DNA of 64,000 bases from contig CM059432.1 of NCBI GenBank assembly GCA_030390025.1, positions 108,254,001-108,318,000 on the forward strand. The letters are read 5' to 3'. This document shows, piece after piece, positions 37,830 through 49,937 of the stretch. The notes beneath the pieces are model-generated. The model was not told the DNA's origin. It was given only the letters and a program-made list of their open reading frames with translations, and did no database searches. Position 1 is the stretch's first letter. Every line of letters starts with the position of its first letter. Origin of the DNA: Squalus acanthias. Taxonomy: Eukaryota. The position numbers were made by a program, and so were the translations under genes.

Positions 37830-38135
37830 TTTCTAAAGGTTTTGCATAAATTCCTTGCTTTTGTTCCTTGCCTCTATTTAGAAAGCCAAGTATGCATTTT
37901 AAACAGCCTTATCAACTTGTCTTGGCATCCTCAAAGATTTGTGTATGTGAACCCCTAGGTTTCTCTGTTCATGCATTCCCCTTTAAATTTATACCATTTA
38001 GCTTATAATGCCTCTCCTCAATCTTAATTCGAAAATGCATCACTTCACACTTCTCTGCATTAAATGTCATCTGCCATGTGTCTGCCCAGTTCACCAGTCT
38101 GTCTTATGTACTCCTGAAGTCTGTTACTATCCTCC
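37830..38135 (-). mobile_element. Degraded CR1 RT fragment
   Basis: Matches 50520-50780. Confidence 0.6.
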
Positions 38136-38502
38136 TAAAAAAACTATTAAAAAACGTTGCTCTGTCTGTGCAGTGTGTCAGTCCTGTTTATCGCGTAGTT
38201 AAGTTCTTATGCTGTGCCAGCTCTTTCAATCAGTTTTTCTGGCTTACCATTTTACTTGTGGTGCAGGACGTTGTCAGCTGGTGAGAGTAACAAGCTAGTG
38301 TTGCAGTTAACATGCATTCCATGCACCTGTTTAAAGAGAGCACTGGCACGGAATGGAGTGCGTAAGTACTGTAAGGTTTTATTTTTAAATATAGATGGTA
38401 CTTTCCTCCATGCTCAGTCTGTGGAGAGAGGCGCACTACCAGCACTTCATTTTAATCAGCTGCGTACTTAAAGTAGCAGAAAACAGATTGTCAACATTCA
38501 TT

Positions 38503-39250
38503 GGGCGCGAAATTCAGTTACACCCCGTTTGGGGGCGGTAACCGAATTAGCGCCAGACATTTAGCGCCCGGCGCTGAAGTACTGCCCCAGCCTCTAAATT
38601 TGGCTTATCGCCCCGGAGAGGAAGTGGAGCGCTATCTCGGGCACGCCACTTCGTCTCGGGGCGGTGTCGGGGGAGCAAAGCATGCGAAAGCTGGAGGGTT
38701 ACGCGGCCACTCCACCTAGCGCTTACGCGTTTCACCGCCCCTCCCCTTCCGTTAAAGGGGTGGGACGCTGCGGGCTTTGCAGGCCATTTGACGACCTCCA
38801 CCAGCCCACTAGGGCGGTGTGATGCCGTGGCTACAGGCCGGCACCGAGACGCAGTGCTGGGCTGCGTAATGGTGGCCAGGACCATGCCGAGGGCCGACCT
38901 GGAGGTCGGCCAAAAGAAAATAGTGGCGCAGGTCGCAGCCGCACCTTACCTTTAAATAACGTCCCGCGAGCGGAGGTTGGCCCGGTTTGCGATCCGCGAG
39001 GCTGGCGCTGACATCGCCCACGGCAACCTTGCAGGGCGCAGCCAAATTTCTGCCGTGGGGCGGTAAGGGGCTGCGGCAGGGATGTCATCGCCAGGGCGTG
39101 GCACTATTGGGTAGTGCCTCAGCAATGCCCCGCCGAATTTCTCGGGAGGCGCTATTATCGCCCCCCCCCCCGGGTGGTAAGCCCTTTGCGCCCCATTAGC
39201 GCCCCCCTGAGGCACTAACAGCAGGCGCAAAGGAGCTGAATTTCACGCCC
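38503..39250. mobile_element. Non-autonomous Harbinger-type MITE (748 bp)
   Basis: TIR GGGCG(C/T)GAAATTCAG at both ends; ATT TSD; CpG-rich with TTAGCGCC motifs. Confidence 0.9.
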
Positions 39251-41074
39251 ATTGCATTTTGTGTGACCAGGGGCTTAAGATTCATATTTTTTGGACACAT
39301 TTATATCCAGATTGCTGCACAATTTAAGATAATAATTGAGAAGGGCATAAGCATGACAAAGACCAGGATAATTGATTGGAGAAAAGCCAATTTTGAGGAG
39401 CTGAGAATAGAACTTGGGAAAATAAAATGAACAATAACATTGGCAAACAATGATACAGAACAGCAATGGGAAACATTTAAAACGGTGTTCACCAGAGTCA
39501 AGGAAAAATATATTCCATTAAAAAACAGGAAAAAATTAAACATCAATGAGACACCATGGATGAATAGGCGTAACAGAAAAATTGAGGGTAAGGAAAGAGG
39601 CATACGCTAAGTACATGGACAACAGGGGAGAGCATGACAAGGGAGAATACAAAGAGATTAGGAGAGAAGTCAAAAAAACTATTAGGAAGGCAAAGAGGAA
39701 CTATGAAATTAAATTATCAAGGAGCATAAAACAAAATAATAAAATATTCTGCAGGCACATTTAAAAAAGGAAAGTCACGATGGGAATAAGGCCACTAAGG
39801 GATTGACAGGATAAAATCACAGGCAGCGATAGCGAAATGGCAGAAACATCAAATAATTACTTTGCTTCAGTATTTACCAGAGAGCCTGATCAGGTGGACA
39901 TGACATCGGAAGATGAGATTAGAACTGATATAACTGCATTTAAAAGAAAGAGAAATATTATATAAACTAATCAAACTCAAAGAGGGTAAAACCCCTGGTC
40001 CGGACGGATTATATCCGCGCATTTTAAAAGAATCTAGGGAAGAGATAGTAGAGGCACTAGTACATATATTTAATAATTTGTTAGAAAAAAGGTGTAGTGC
40101 CAGAGGACTGGATAGCTAATGTTATACTTATATTTAAGAAAGGAGATAGAACATGTCCAGGGAACTATAGACCAGTCAGCTTAACAAGAAAAAATAATGG
40201 AATCCCTACTAAAGGAAAAAAATAGAAAAACATCTAGAGAACAAAAATATAATAATGAATAGTCAGCATGGATTTCAAAAGGGAAATTCTTGCTTGACGA
40301 ACCTCTTTGAATTCTCTGAAGAGGTAACAGAAAGACTAGCCAAGAGTAAAGCAGGAGATATAATTTATCTAGATTTCTAAAAGGCCTTCGATAAGGTGCC
40401 ACATATTAGACTAAAGAATAAGGTCAGAGCATGCGGACAAGGAGCAGAATGGATAGCTAACTGGTTGAAAGAAAGAAAGCAGAGATTAGGGGTAAAGGGT
40501 AGCTTTTCAGAATGGCAGAAGGTGGAATCTCACAAGGATCAGTGCTGGGACCACTGTTGTTCAGAATTTATATTAACGATTTAGCATTTGGAATCAAAAA
40601 CACTAATTTCTAATTTTGTAGATGACACCAAATTGGGGGAATAGTCAATACTGAGGACGACTGCAACAAATTGCAAGATATTAATAACCTTGCAGAATGG
40701 GCATATAATTGGCAAATGAATTTCAACACAAGTGTGAGGTATTGCATTTTGGTAAGAGAAATTAGGTCACATATTACTTGGAATACAAGAATCTAAATGG
40801 GGTTGAGGAGCAAAGGGATCTGGAAGTACAAATACACAAATCACTAAAAGTAGCGACGCAGGTTAATAAGGCCACAAAAAAGCAAACCAAGCACTAGGCT
40901 TTATTTCTAGAGGGGTAGAATTCAAAAGTAGAGAAGTTATGCTAAACTTGTATCGAACGTTGGTTAGACCACACTTGGAGTACTGTGTACAGTTCTGGTC
41001 GCTATATTATAAAAAGCATATAGAGGCACTGGAGAGGTTGCAAAAATGATTTACAAGGATGATACTAGAAATGC

Positions 41075-43877
41075 CTTCTACCACCTTAAAAATTCACTTC
41101 CTTCACCACCAGCGCACCATGGCTGCAGTGTGTACCATCTACAAGAAGCACTGCAGCAATTCGCCAGGGCTTCTTCGGCAGCACCTCCTAAACCCGTGAC
41201 CTCTACCACCTAGAACGACAAGAGCAGCAGGCGCATGGGAACACCACCACCTGCAAGTTCCCCTCCAAGTCACACACCATCCTGACTTAACATAAGAAAT
41301 AGGAGCTGGAGTAGGTCATCTGGCCCTTCGAGCCCGCTCCGCCATTCAACAAGATCATGGCTAATCTTCTACCTCAACTCCACCTTCCCGCACTATTCTC
41401 CATATCCCTTAATTCCCAAAAATTTATCGATCTCTGTCTTGAATATACTCAATGACTGAGCATCCACAACTCTCTGGGGTAGAGAATTCCAAAGATTCAC
41501 AACCCTTTGAGTGAAGAAATATCTCATCTCAGTCCTAAATGACCTTATTCTGAGACTGTGACCCCGTGTTCTAGATTCCCCAACCAAGGGAAATGTCATC
41601 CCAGCATTAACCGTCAAGCCCCTTAAGAATTTTATATGTTTCAATGAGATCACCTCTCATTCTTCTAAACTCTAGGGAATATAGGCCTAGTCTACTCAAT
41701 CTCCCCTCATAGGGCAATCCCCTCATTCCAGGAACCAGTCTAGTGAACCTTTGTTGCACTCCCTCGAAGGCAAATATGTCTTTCCTTCGGTAAGGAGACC
41801 AGAACTGTACACAGTACTCCAGGTGTGGCCTCACCAATGCCCTGTATAATTGTAGTAAGACTTCTTTGCTCTTATACTCTAATCCCTTTGTAACAAAAGC
41901 TAACATACCATTTGCTTTCCTAATTGCTTGCTGCACCTGCATGTTAACTTTCTGTGATTCGTGTACAAGGACACCCAGGTCCCTATGAATGCAAACATTT
42001 CCCAGTCTCTCACCATTCAAAAAATATTCTGCTTTTTTGTTTTTCCTACCAAAGTGGATAACTTCACACTTCCCCACATTGTATTCCATTTGCCATGTTC
42101 TTGCCCACTCAGTCAACCTGTCTATATCTCTCTGCAGCCTCTTTGCGTCCTCCTCACAGCATACTTTCCCACCTAACTTTGTATCATCAGCAAACTTAGA
42201 TACATTACACTCAGTCCCTTCCTCTATGTCATTAACGTAGATTGTAAATAGCTGAGACCCAAACATTGATCCTAGCAGTACCCCGTTAGTTACATCCTGC
42301 CAACCCGAAAAAGTCCCGTTTATTCCTACTCTGTTTTCTGCCCATTAACCAATCCTCAATCCATGCTAATATATTACCCTCAATCCCACGAGTCCTAATT
42401 TTGTGTAATAACCTCGTGTGGCAGCTTATCAAATGCTTTTTGAAAATCCAAATACACTACATCCACTGGTTCCCCCTTATCCATCCTACTGGTTACATCT
42501 TCAAAAAACTCTAAACAGATTTGTCAAACATGATTTCCCTTTCATAAAACCATGTTGACTCTGCCTAATCATATTACGATTTTCTAAGTGCCCTGTTACC
42601 ATGTCCCTAATAACAGATTCTAGCATTTTGCCAATACTGATGTCAGGCTAACTGGCCTATAGTTTCCCGTTTTTTCTCTTCCTCCTTTCTTAAATAGCAG
42701 GGTTATGTTTGCTACCATCCAATCCTTGGGGACTGTTCTAGAATCTAGAAAATTAATACCAATGCATCCACTATCTCTGCAACTACCTCTTTTAAAATAC
42801 TAGGATGCAGGTCATCAGGTCCAAGAGATTTGTCACCACTTAATCCCATTAATTTCTCCAGTACTATGTCTTTACTTATACTGATTTCTTTAAGTTCCTC
42901 ATTCTTTCCAGACCCTTGGTTCCCCATTATTTCTGGAATTTTTTTGTGTCTTCTACCGTGAAGACAGATACAAAGTATTTGTTTGTTGTCTCTGCCATTT
43001 CCTTATTGCCCATTATAATTTCTCCTGTCTCTGCCTCTAATGGGCCCACGTTTACTTTCACTAATCTCTTCCTATTTACATACCTATAGAACCGTTTACA
43101 ATCTGCTTTTATGTCTCTTGCTAATTTACTCTCATATTCTTTTTTCTCTTTTTTAAATCAATTTCTTGGTCCTCCTTTGCTGAATTCTAAAATCCTCCCA
43201 ATCCTCAGGCTTACTACTCTTTTTGGCAACATTATAAGCCTCTTACTTTGATCTAATACTATCTTTAACTTCGCTTGTTAGCCACGGTTGGACCACTTTT
43301 CCTGTGGGATTTTTGTGCCTTAAAGGAATATATATTTGTTATAAATTATGTATTGATTCTTTAAATGCTAGCCATTGATTGTCTACCATCATACCTTTTA
43401 ATGTAGCATCCCAATCTACCTTAGCCCATTCGCTCCTCATACCTATGTAGTTTGTTTAGATTTAAGACCCTAGTTTCTGATTTAACTAAATCACTTTCAA
43501 ACTCAATATAAAATTCTATCATATTATGGTCACTCTTCCCTAAAGGCCCCTTTACTACAAGGTTATTAATTAACCATTTCTCATTGCACAATACTAGATC
43601 TAAAATAGCCTGTTTCCTAGTTCGTTTCTCAACATACTGATCTAGAAAAGTCCCCCATGATTACTGTATTATCCTTGGAAATATATCGCCGTTCCTTCAT
43701 CATTACTGGGTCAAAATCCTGGAACTCCCTCCCTAACAGCACTGTGGGATTACCTTCACCACACGGACTGCAGCGGTTCAAGATGGCGGCTCATCACCAC
43801 CTTCTCAAGGGCAATTAGGGATGGGCAATAGATACTGGCCTTGCCAGCGACGCCCACATACCTTGTACAAATAAAAA
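41075..43877 (+). mobile_element. 3' fragment of the second LINE family, split by a CR1
   Basis: 41075-41288 and 43674-43877 join at CTGACTT|GGAAATATATC; A-rich tail. Confidence 0.85.
41289..43673 (-). mobile_element. 5'-truncated CR1
   Basis: RT ORF pieces 41393..42927; flanking CTT duplication. Confidence 0.9.
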
Positions 43878-44007
43878 AAATGCGAGGTTATACCTATCAG
43901 AAAAGGATGAACAGACTGAGTCTCTTTTCTTTTGAAAAGAGATTGCCGAGAGGCGACCTAATAGAGGTCTTTAAAATTATGAAAGGTTTTGATAGAGTAG
44001 ACACAGA

Positions 44008-44843
44008 GGGCTGGATTTTCAATGACCTGTGGAGTCGGGTTTGGAGGCAGGGGGGGGGGTTAAAGTTGCAGATTCGGGGGTCCCGGCCCCATCCCGACTC
44101 CAACCCGCCTCCATGCCAGTTTCTCTGGCGGCGGGTACCCAACCTGTTCTGAGACCCGACTCCCCGAGGCGGGAAGGGATTAGTGACAATTAACTGCCTG
44201 TTAACAGGTAGTTAACAGGCAGTTTTTTGCATAATCCCTATTTTAAAAAGAAAAGTGTGGGCTTCCCGACAGGTGGCAACCACGCCAAGTTATCGGGGCG
44301 GGCCGTGGGTCTGCAGGGGTCGATATGTCCGGTGGGCAGGTGAGTGATGGGTGCATGTGTGCAGAGGTAAGTGTGTAAGGTAAGTGCTAAGTGTTGGAAA
44401 AAGTTTTACTTACAATAACTTCCTCCTGCAGGTGTCAGCCCTTCAGTTCTCGGGAGTTAGAAATCTCACCGGCACAGAAAGCAGGAAAGCCGTGGACCTG
44501 TCAAAACCTGCAGCCTTCTGTTTTCTGTGCTGGAATGATTTCTAACTCAGCCTGAAAGGAAGGACTGAAGTTAGAAATCATATTGTGAGTGTTTGACAGC
44601 TTCACAGAGCTGTCAAACGCTGATATTTCATCTGTCAAAAGCTCTTGACAGATGAAATGTCAGTCTGTGACGTCACCTGTTGCCGGGTGGCCCTTAATTG
44701 GCCTGCTGAGTCCACTGGACGGGCTCAACAAGGTCAATCAAGGGAAAATACAGTGGGTTGGCCACATCTCGATGGAGGCGGGTTCACAAGCCAGAATGTG
44801 TGATTCCCGACCCCAACCCGACCCCAGTTTCAAAATCCAGCCC
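44008..44843. mobile_element. Harbinger-type MITE (836 bp)
   Basis: Perfect 12-bp TIR GGGCTGGATTTT; AGA TSD; removing it restores the CR1 sequence. Confidence 0.9.
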
Positions 44844-45370
44844 AGAGTGTTTCCACTTGTGGGGAAGAGCAAAACTAGAGGCCATCAATATAAGATAGTC
44901 ACCAAGAAATCAAATAGGGAATTCAGAAGAAATTTCTTTATCTAGAGAGTGGTGAGAATGTGGAACTCGCTACCACAGGGCGAATAGTATAGATGCATTT
45001 AAGGGGAGGCTAGATAAGCATATGAGGGAGAAGGCAATAGCGGGTTATGGTGATAGAGTTAAATGAGGAAGGACGGGAGGAGGCTCGAGTGGAGCATAAA
45101 TGCCGGCATGCACTGGTTGGGCCGAATGGCCTGTTCCTGTGCTGTATATCCTATGTAATCCCTAACGCAAAATATACAGAGAAAGATCCAAATAGAAGAG
45201 GATGCATCAGTGTGAGCTGCAAAGTGTGCTTCATTAGGTTAGGCCAAACAAAGAAATAACCATTGCCAGTTCAGAATGTATAGAACAAGTAGTTATCACA
45301 GGATCTTTCATACATGTTTACCTCTTCTGCATGGTAACACATGCAGCTCAGAGTAAATCAGACACTCAGA

Positions 45371-45376
45371 TTTATT
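45371..45376 (-). terminator. Candidate VPS41 polyadenylation signal AATAAA
   Basis: TTTATT on the plus strand about 390 nt downstream of the stop codon. Confidence 0.4.
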
Positions 45377-45761
45377 TAGAACAGTAATGCACAAGTACAA
45401 AGGCGAAGAAATTTTAACCAGGTTGTAACTTTGGTAAGCACTAAAACTATTCTGCAAATTGTGTCTACCTGTGAAAAGGTCAAAGCCGTTGCATAAAAGA
45501 CAAACAGACAACCAGCGTACAGGAGAACCACCACCAACCTGCTTACTGCAGTTAGACATGGTCACGTGCAGTTCAGTAAGTGGTTTCTCCACAGGCAGTT
45601 GGATGATTTTAAAATAACCTTTATTAAGAGTTAACATTTGGCATTCACACAAGTACAAGCTTTGAAGAAGCAAGCCAATATTTGACAGAAAATGACTTAT
45701 ATTACAACAATTTGGCCAAATTTTTTGTGTTAGTGGTCCTCAGTCAAATTCAGCTCATGTT

Positions 45762-45821
45762 TTAAACCTCACTCAGTCCACCGGCAGGCCCCCGACGTTT
45801 TGCACTGCAGATGTTACAGAA
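45762..45821 (-). CDS. VPS41: VPS41 terminal coding exon (FCNICSAKRRGPAGGLSEV*)
   Basis: TTTTGTTTTCTTAAACAG acceptor; completes the RING-H2 finger; TAA at 45764-45762. Confidence 0.88.
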   Translation of the reverse strand, partial: FCNICSAKRRGPAGGLSEV

Positions 45822-46444
45822 CTGTTTAAGAAAACAAAACAGATGTTAATCAGTACTGCTCCCAAAAGGAAGAAGCTGAAATAAATTAGATACCAGAAGA
45901 CTAGAATCATTACTGAAAGTTGTAACCATTACTGCAAATTTCTCAGCTCTTTAGGATAAGCTTTTGTTGAGGACAGGATTAAAGTGAAATGGTTTGGCTC
46001 ATTAATTACTAGCTCACTGCAGGATCCCCTCGTTTATTATTTGCTTGCATTAATGTTACAAGCAGCTCCACTCATCAAAGACATTTAGAATGGAGGAGAG
46101 GAGTAGAAAGATCTGTGACAAAGATTTAGTGCTAAAATAGTGATTTTTAATTTTAGAAACTTGGGACTGTTTATCATATTTTCTATAGGAGGTCCAGAAT
46201 GTTAGTAAATGCCCCAAACAGCTTCAGGAAGTATGGGCTTGTACCTGACATGTTTTGTGACAGAGTGCATTTTCCCTAAGTCTAAGGAAGCTACCCTACA
46301 CTGCAAACAGGGCGTCCTTACCATCCAGTGCAAGAAACTGCAAGCACACAGAGCTGTTTGCGAAATTAACTCCGCTATAAAGAACTTGTTTCATGGGGCT
46401 TTCGAGTGATTTCTGTAATATTTTTGCAATATAATATTCCTCTA

Positions 46445-47270
46445 ATTAAATATTGGGAAGACCGAAGCCATTGTCTTCGGCCCCTGCCACAAACTTCATT
46501 CCCTAGCTACCGATTCCATCCCCCTCCCTGGCTCTTGTCTGAGGCTGAACCAGACTGTTTGAAACCTTGACACTCTAGTTGACCTCGAGCTGAGCTTCCG
46601 ATCCCATATCCTCTCCATCACCTAGTTCGCCTACCTGCACCTCCGTAATATCACCCAACCGTTGCTGAAACCCTCATCCATGATTTTGTTAACTCCCGAT
46701 TCGACTATTCCAATGTTCTCCTAGCTGGCCTCCCATCTTCCACCCACCCTCCGGAATCTTTAGCTCATCCCAAACTCTGCTGCCCGTATCCTAACTCGCA
46801 CTAAGTTCCGTTCACCCATCACCCCTGTGCTCACTGCCCTACATTGGCTCTCAGTCCAGCAACTCCTCAAATTTAAAATTCTCATCCTTGTGTTGAAATC
46901 CCTCCATGGCCTCACCCCTTCCTGTCTCTGTAACCTTCTCCAGCCCTAAAACCCTCAAACCTCTGCGTTTCTCCAATTGTGGCCTCTTGTGCATTCCCAA
47001 TTTCCTTTGCCCCATCATTGGTGGCCGTGTCCTCAGCTGTCTAGGCCCTAAGCTTTGGAATTCCTTCCCTAAACCTCTCCGTCTCTCGACCTCATTCTCC
47101 TCCTTTAAGACGTGCCTTAAGACCTACCTCTTTGACCAAGCATTTGGTCACCTGTCCAATATCTCTGTGGCTCAGTGTCAAATTTTGTTTGATAATACTC
47201 CTCTTAAGCGCTTTGGGATGTTTTACTATGTTAAAGGTGCTATATAAATGCAAGCTGTTGTTGTTGTTTG
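46445..47270 (+). mobile_element. L2 LINE 3' portion
   Basis: Degenerate KTEAIVFG, LDYSN and PITPVL..LHWL coding remnants; CTATATAAATGCAAG(TTG)n tail. Confidence 0.85.
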
Positions 47271-48086
47271 TCAATAGAAAAGAAAATTGGGTGGGGTGTA
47301 AAACGGGCGGCCGATTTGCTAGCGCCCATTTTACATGACCACCTAAGATGAATTTTACACCCATAGAAATTTTAGTGCCCGAGGCAGCCATTCAGCCCTT
47401 CCAGCCTGTGCAGGTTAGTTCCCTTTCAGGGCTGATTTTACACATTCCCCCTTTTCCTGTGTGCTTTTTCCCGTTTGTACTATTCTAATAGAAGAGGGCC
47501 AAGAAAGGGTTTTATTTAGGTTATACATAAATATTTTAATATTGTTTTCATGGTACGCTTAAGAGATGAGATGAGAGAAAACTTTCCAGATTACACCAGA
47601 TGCTGTCTCCACGTGCAACTGAAAGAAGCAACAGAACCAAATCTCAGGAGACAAACTAAAGATCTTTTGGGAACTCACACGGGCTTTCCTGTGCAAAATT
47701 GTTTTTTAGAAAACCCAGTAAGACATAATTTTAAAGAGTCAATATATATTGATCACAAACTGCAAACAAAGAACCTTTAACATATCAAACACTTTAACCT
47801 AATTAATTCTAGACATGTCAAACAGTACTTAACGCGGGACTTCTCACTGCAATTGGAAGAAGTGGAAACATATTTCTGTTGTAGTTCGACAATTCTTTTT
47901 CTCCTCACGTTTTGTATGAAGTTGGAAAAGAAACTTGCAATTTGTAGCAATAGAGGGTTCGAGGAGTGTGCCCACAAATATGGCAACATACAACAACAAT
48001 GCACATGCAGCAAAAATAGATATAACATTCCAACAAATGACATGGCCCTTATTACTCTACATAAACTGTCATAGTCAACAACATAC

Positions 48087-48166
48087 CATGCCAGGAGTAG
48101 GAAGGCAATCCTTGTGAAACATGTGCCTGCAGTGGAAGACCACCACACTGAATGTTTTTGCAGCAT
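48087..48166 (-). CDS. VPS41: VPS41 exon (DAAKTFSVVVFHCRHMFHKDCLPTPGM)
   Basis: 80 nt; TTTTAG acceptor and GTATGT donor; RING-H2 C-x-H-x2-H-x2-C. Confidence 0.95.
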
Positions 48167-48691
48167 CTAAAATGATGAAACACAAAATATTCACTCAGAG
48201 AACCTATACATTAAAAGGTCTAACGCGAAGTGCAGTAAAATCAAAAAATGTCAGCGATAAAAAGGAGCTGATGGAGAAAATTGAACATTGGTCAAAATAC
48301 AGAGATATCAAACCTTATTGCAACATGGAACGCTGAGCTAATGCCCCATAGGGTTAAAAAAAAAAATGCGGTTGAAGTTTATTGAGCTCATTGTTCAGCC
48401 ATGAAATCGGTGAGTGTTACATAGCAACCATTGCAACCACACAAAAGGAAATCTGTACCAGGTTGAATGGGATCTGAAATCAATTCAGCAGAGAATAGAG
48501 ACCTGAACACTGACTTTCTTTCTTGAAGGACATCTGGGAACTTTGCCCATTTGGAAACTTGGGACATTTTTAGAGATTCATTGGAAATAGGAAAAGGACC
48601 CAACGATTGGAGAAAAGCGTACACAATGCCAATTTCTGAACAGAGGCAGGAAGGTAACCAGAGGCCAATGATCTTGAAATCTGTAGATAAT

Positions 48692-49456
48692 GGCCCAAAA
48701 ATTCGTCCGTTCCCGGGTGAGTACTCAGTGTGTACTCACCCGTATTCATTCCCGAAGTGCCGGTTTCCTGCATGCACTGCGCATGCGCGGGAAACCGGCA
48801 CTTCCGGTATGGCGAAGGGGGCAGTTCATAGGTGAACCGCGTGCGCACTAGAGGCTGCGCGCACGCAGCACACTTAGTTTTTTTTTCAGGTTTCAACGCG
48901 AGGGTAAGTATTGAAGATTCTACGCTAGTAAAAAGGAGGCGTAAGACCCCTTTTGAACAAGGTAAGTAGTTAATTAAGTATAATTTTAAATTTTTTTCAA
49001 CAGGTTTATCTTTTTTAGAGACTTTAAAGAAAGGTAAGTTTATTTTTATAACTTTTAAAAAGTATTTAAATTTTTTCAAAAATTTTAATTTTTGTTTAAA
49101 GTGGTTAATTTATTTAACTATAGTTATTTTATTAATGTGATGGGTTTTTAAAAAAATTTATTTGAGGTTTAGCTGTCCTTTTGGGGCCGATTTCAATTCA
49201 CAGATTTGACATGTCTCCTGTCAAATCTATGAATGAAAGATGGTCTGCTGCCATTGGCTCTCCATGGCCCACGTGATCCCAGGAGTCGCATCGCACTAAC
49301 TGCGCCCCTGGGACACGCAAGCACTGCGCGCCGGCTCTTGGGAGAGGCCCAGGACCCGAAGTTCCTATGGGCCCGAAACACAACGGCAGGCGCGGTGGGT
49401 AAGAGCGCGCGCGATCCTTACCCCCGCGGCAAGCCGGCCACCCGAATTTCTAGGCC
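48692..49456. mobile_element. Harbinger-type MITE (765 bp)
   Basis: Termini GGCCCAAAAATTCG and (reverse complement) GGCCTAGAAATTCG; AAT TSD. Confidence 0.85.
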
Positions 49457-49803
49457 AATAATGGGGATAATGGAGCAGCTGAAGAAATATGGCCATCAGG
49501 AGTCCGCATGAGCTTCTGGAAGGGAGACCACGCCCGACAGATCTATGGTCTACTTTGAGAAGATATGGGGATCTCAATAGAAAGTGTATATTTATATTTT
49601 AGCAAAGCTTTTGACATGTGCCACAGTGCATGAAGATATGGAAGAGGGGAAAATATCTGGGGTCACGTATCTTGCTGCTGTATAATGAAAGGCACGACCT
49701 CCAGCTCTGAGTTTTACTTTGCATGCAAGCCATATAAATGACACAGTTAAGTGCTTTGTGCAGTTCAGATTTACCAGGCTTCCTCCCCATCTATGTCACT
49801 TAC

Positions 49804-49848
49804 CTGCATGTAATATTGGAGAATGACACGATTCACAAATATTCTCTT
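49804..49848 (-). CDS. VPS41: VPS41 45-nt exon (EENICESCHSPILHA)
   Basis: TTGCAG acceptor and GTAAGT donor; phase 1-1; first CxxC of the RING. Confidence 0.93.
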
Positions 49849-49937
49849 CTGCAAGAAAACAGACAGTGATTATTGCATATTCTGCTGGCAAGACATCATT
49901 TCTATCAAAGAATAATTATCTGACCTGAACCAGTCAT

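Larger units (their letters stand above)
39270..45160 (+). mobile_element. Older CR1 copy (39270-41074 plus 43878-45160) hosting nested insertions
   Basis: Degenerate ORF2 that resumes after an AAATGC duplication (41069-41074 and 43878-43883); ATCCTATG tail near 45150. Confidence 0.85.

Noticed and set aside
46322..46412. Possible extra VPS41 exon with AG/GT boundaries
   Set aside because: 91 nt would shift the frame between phase-0 junctions, and there is no VPS41 similarity
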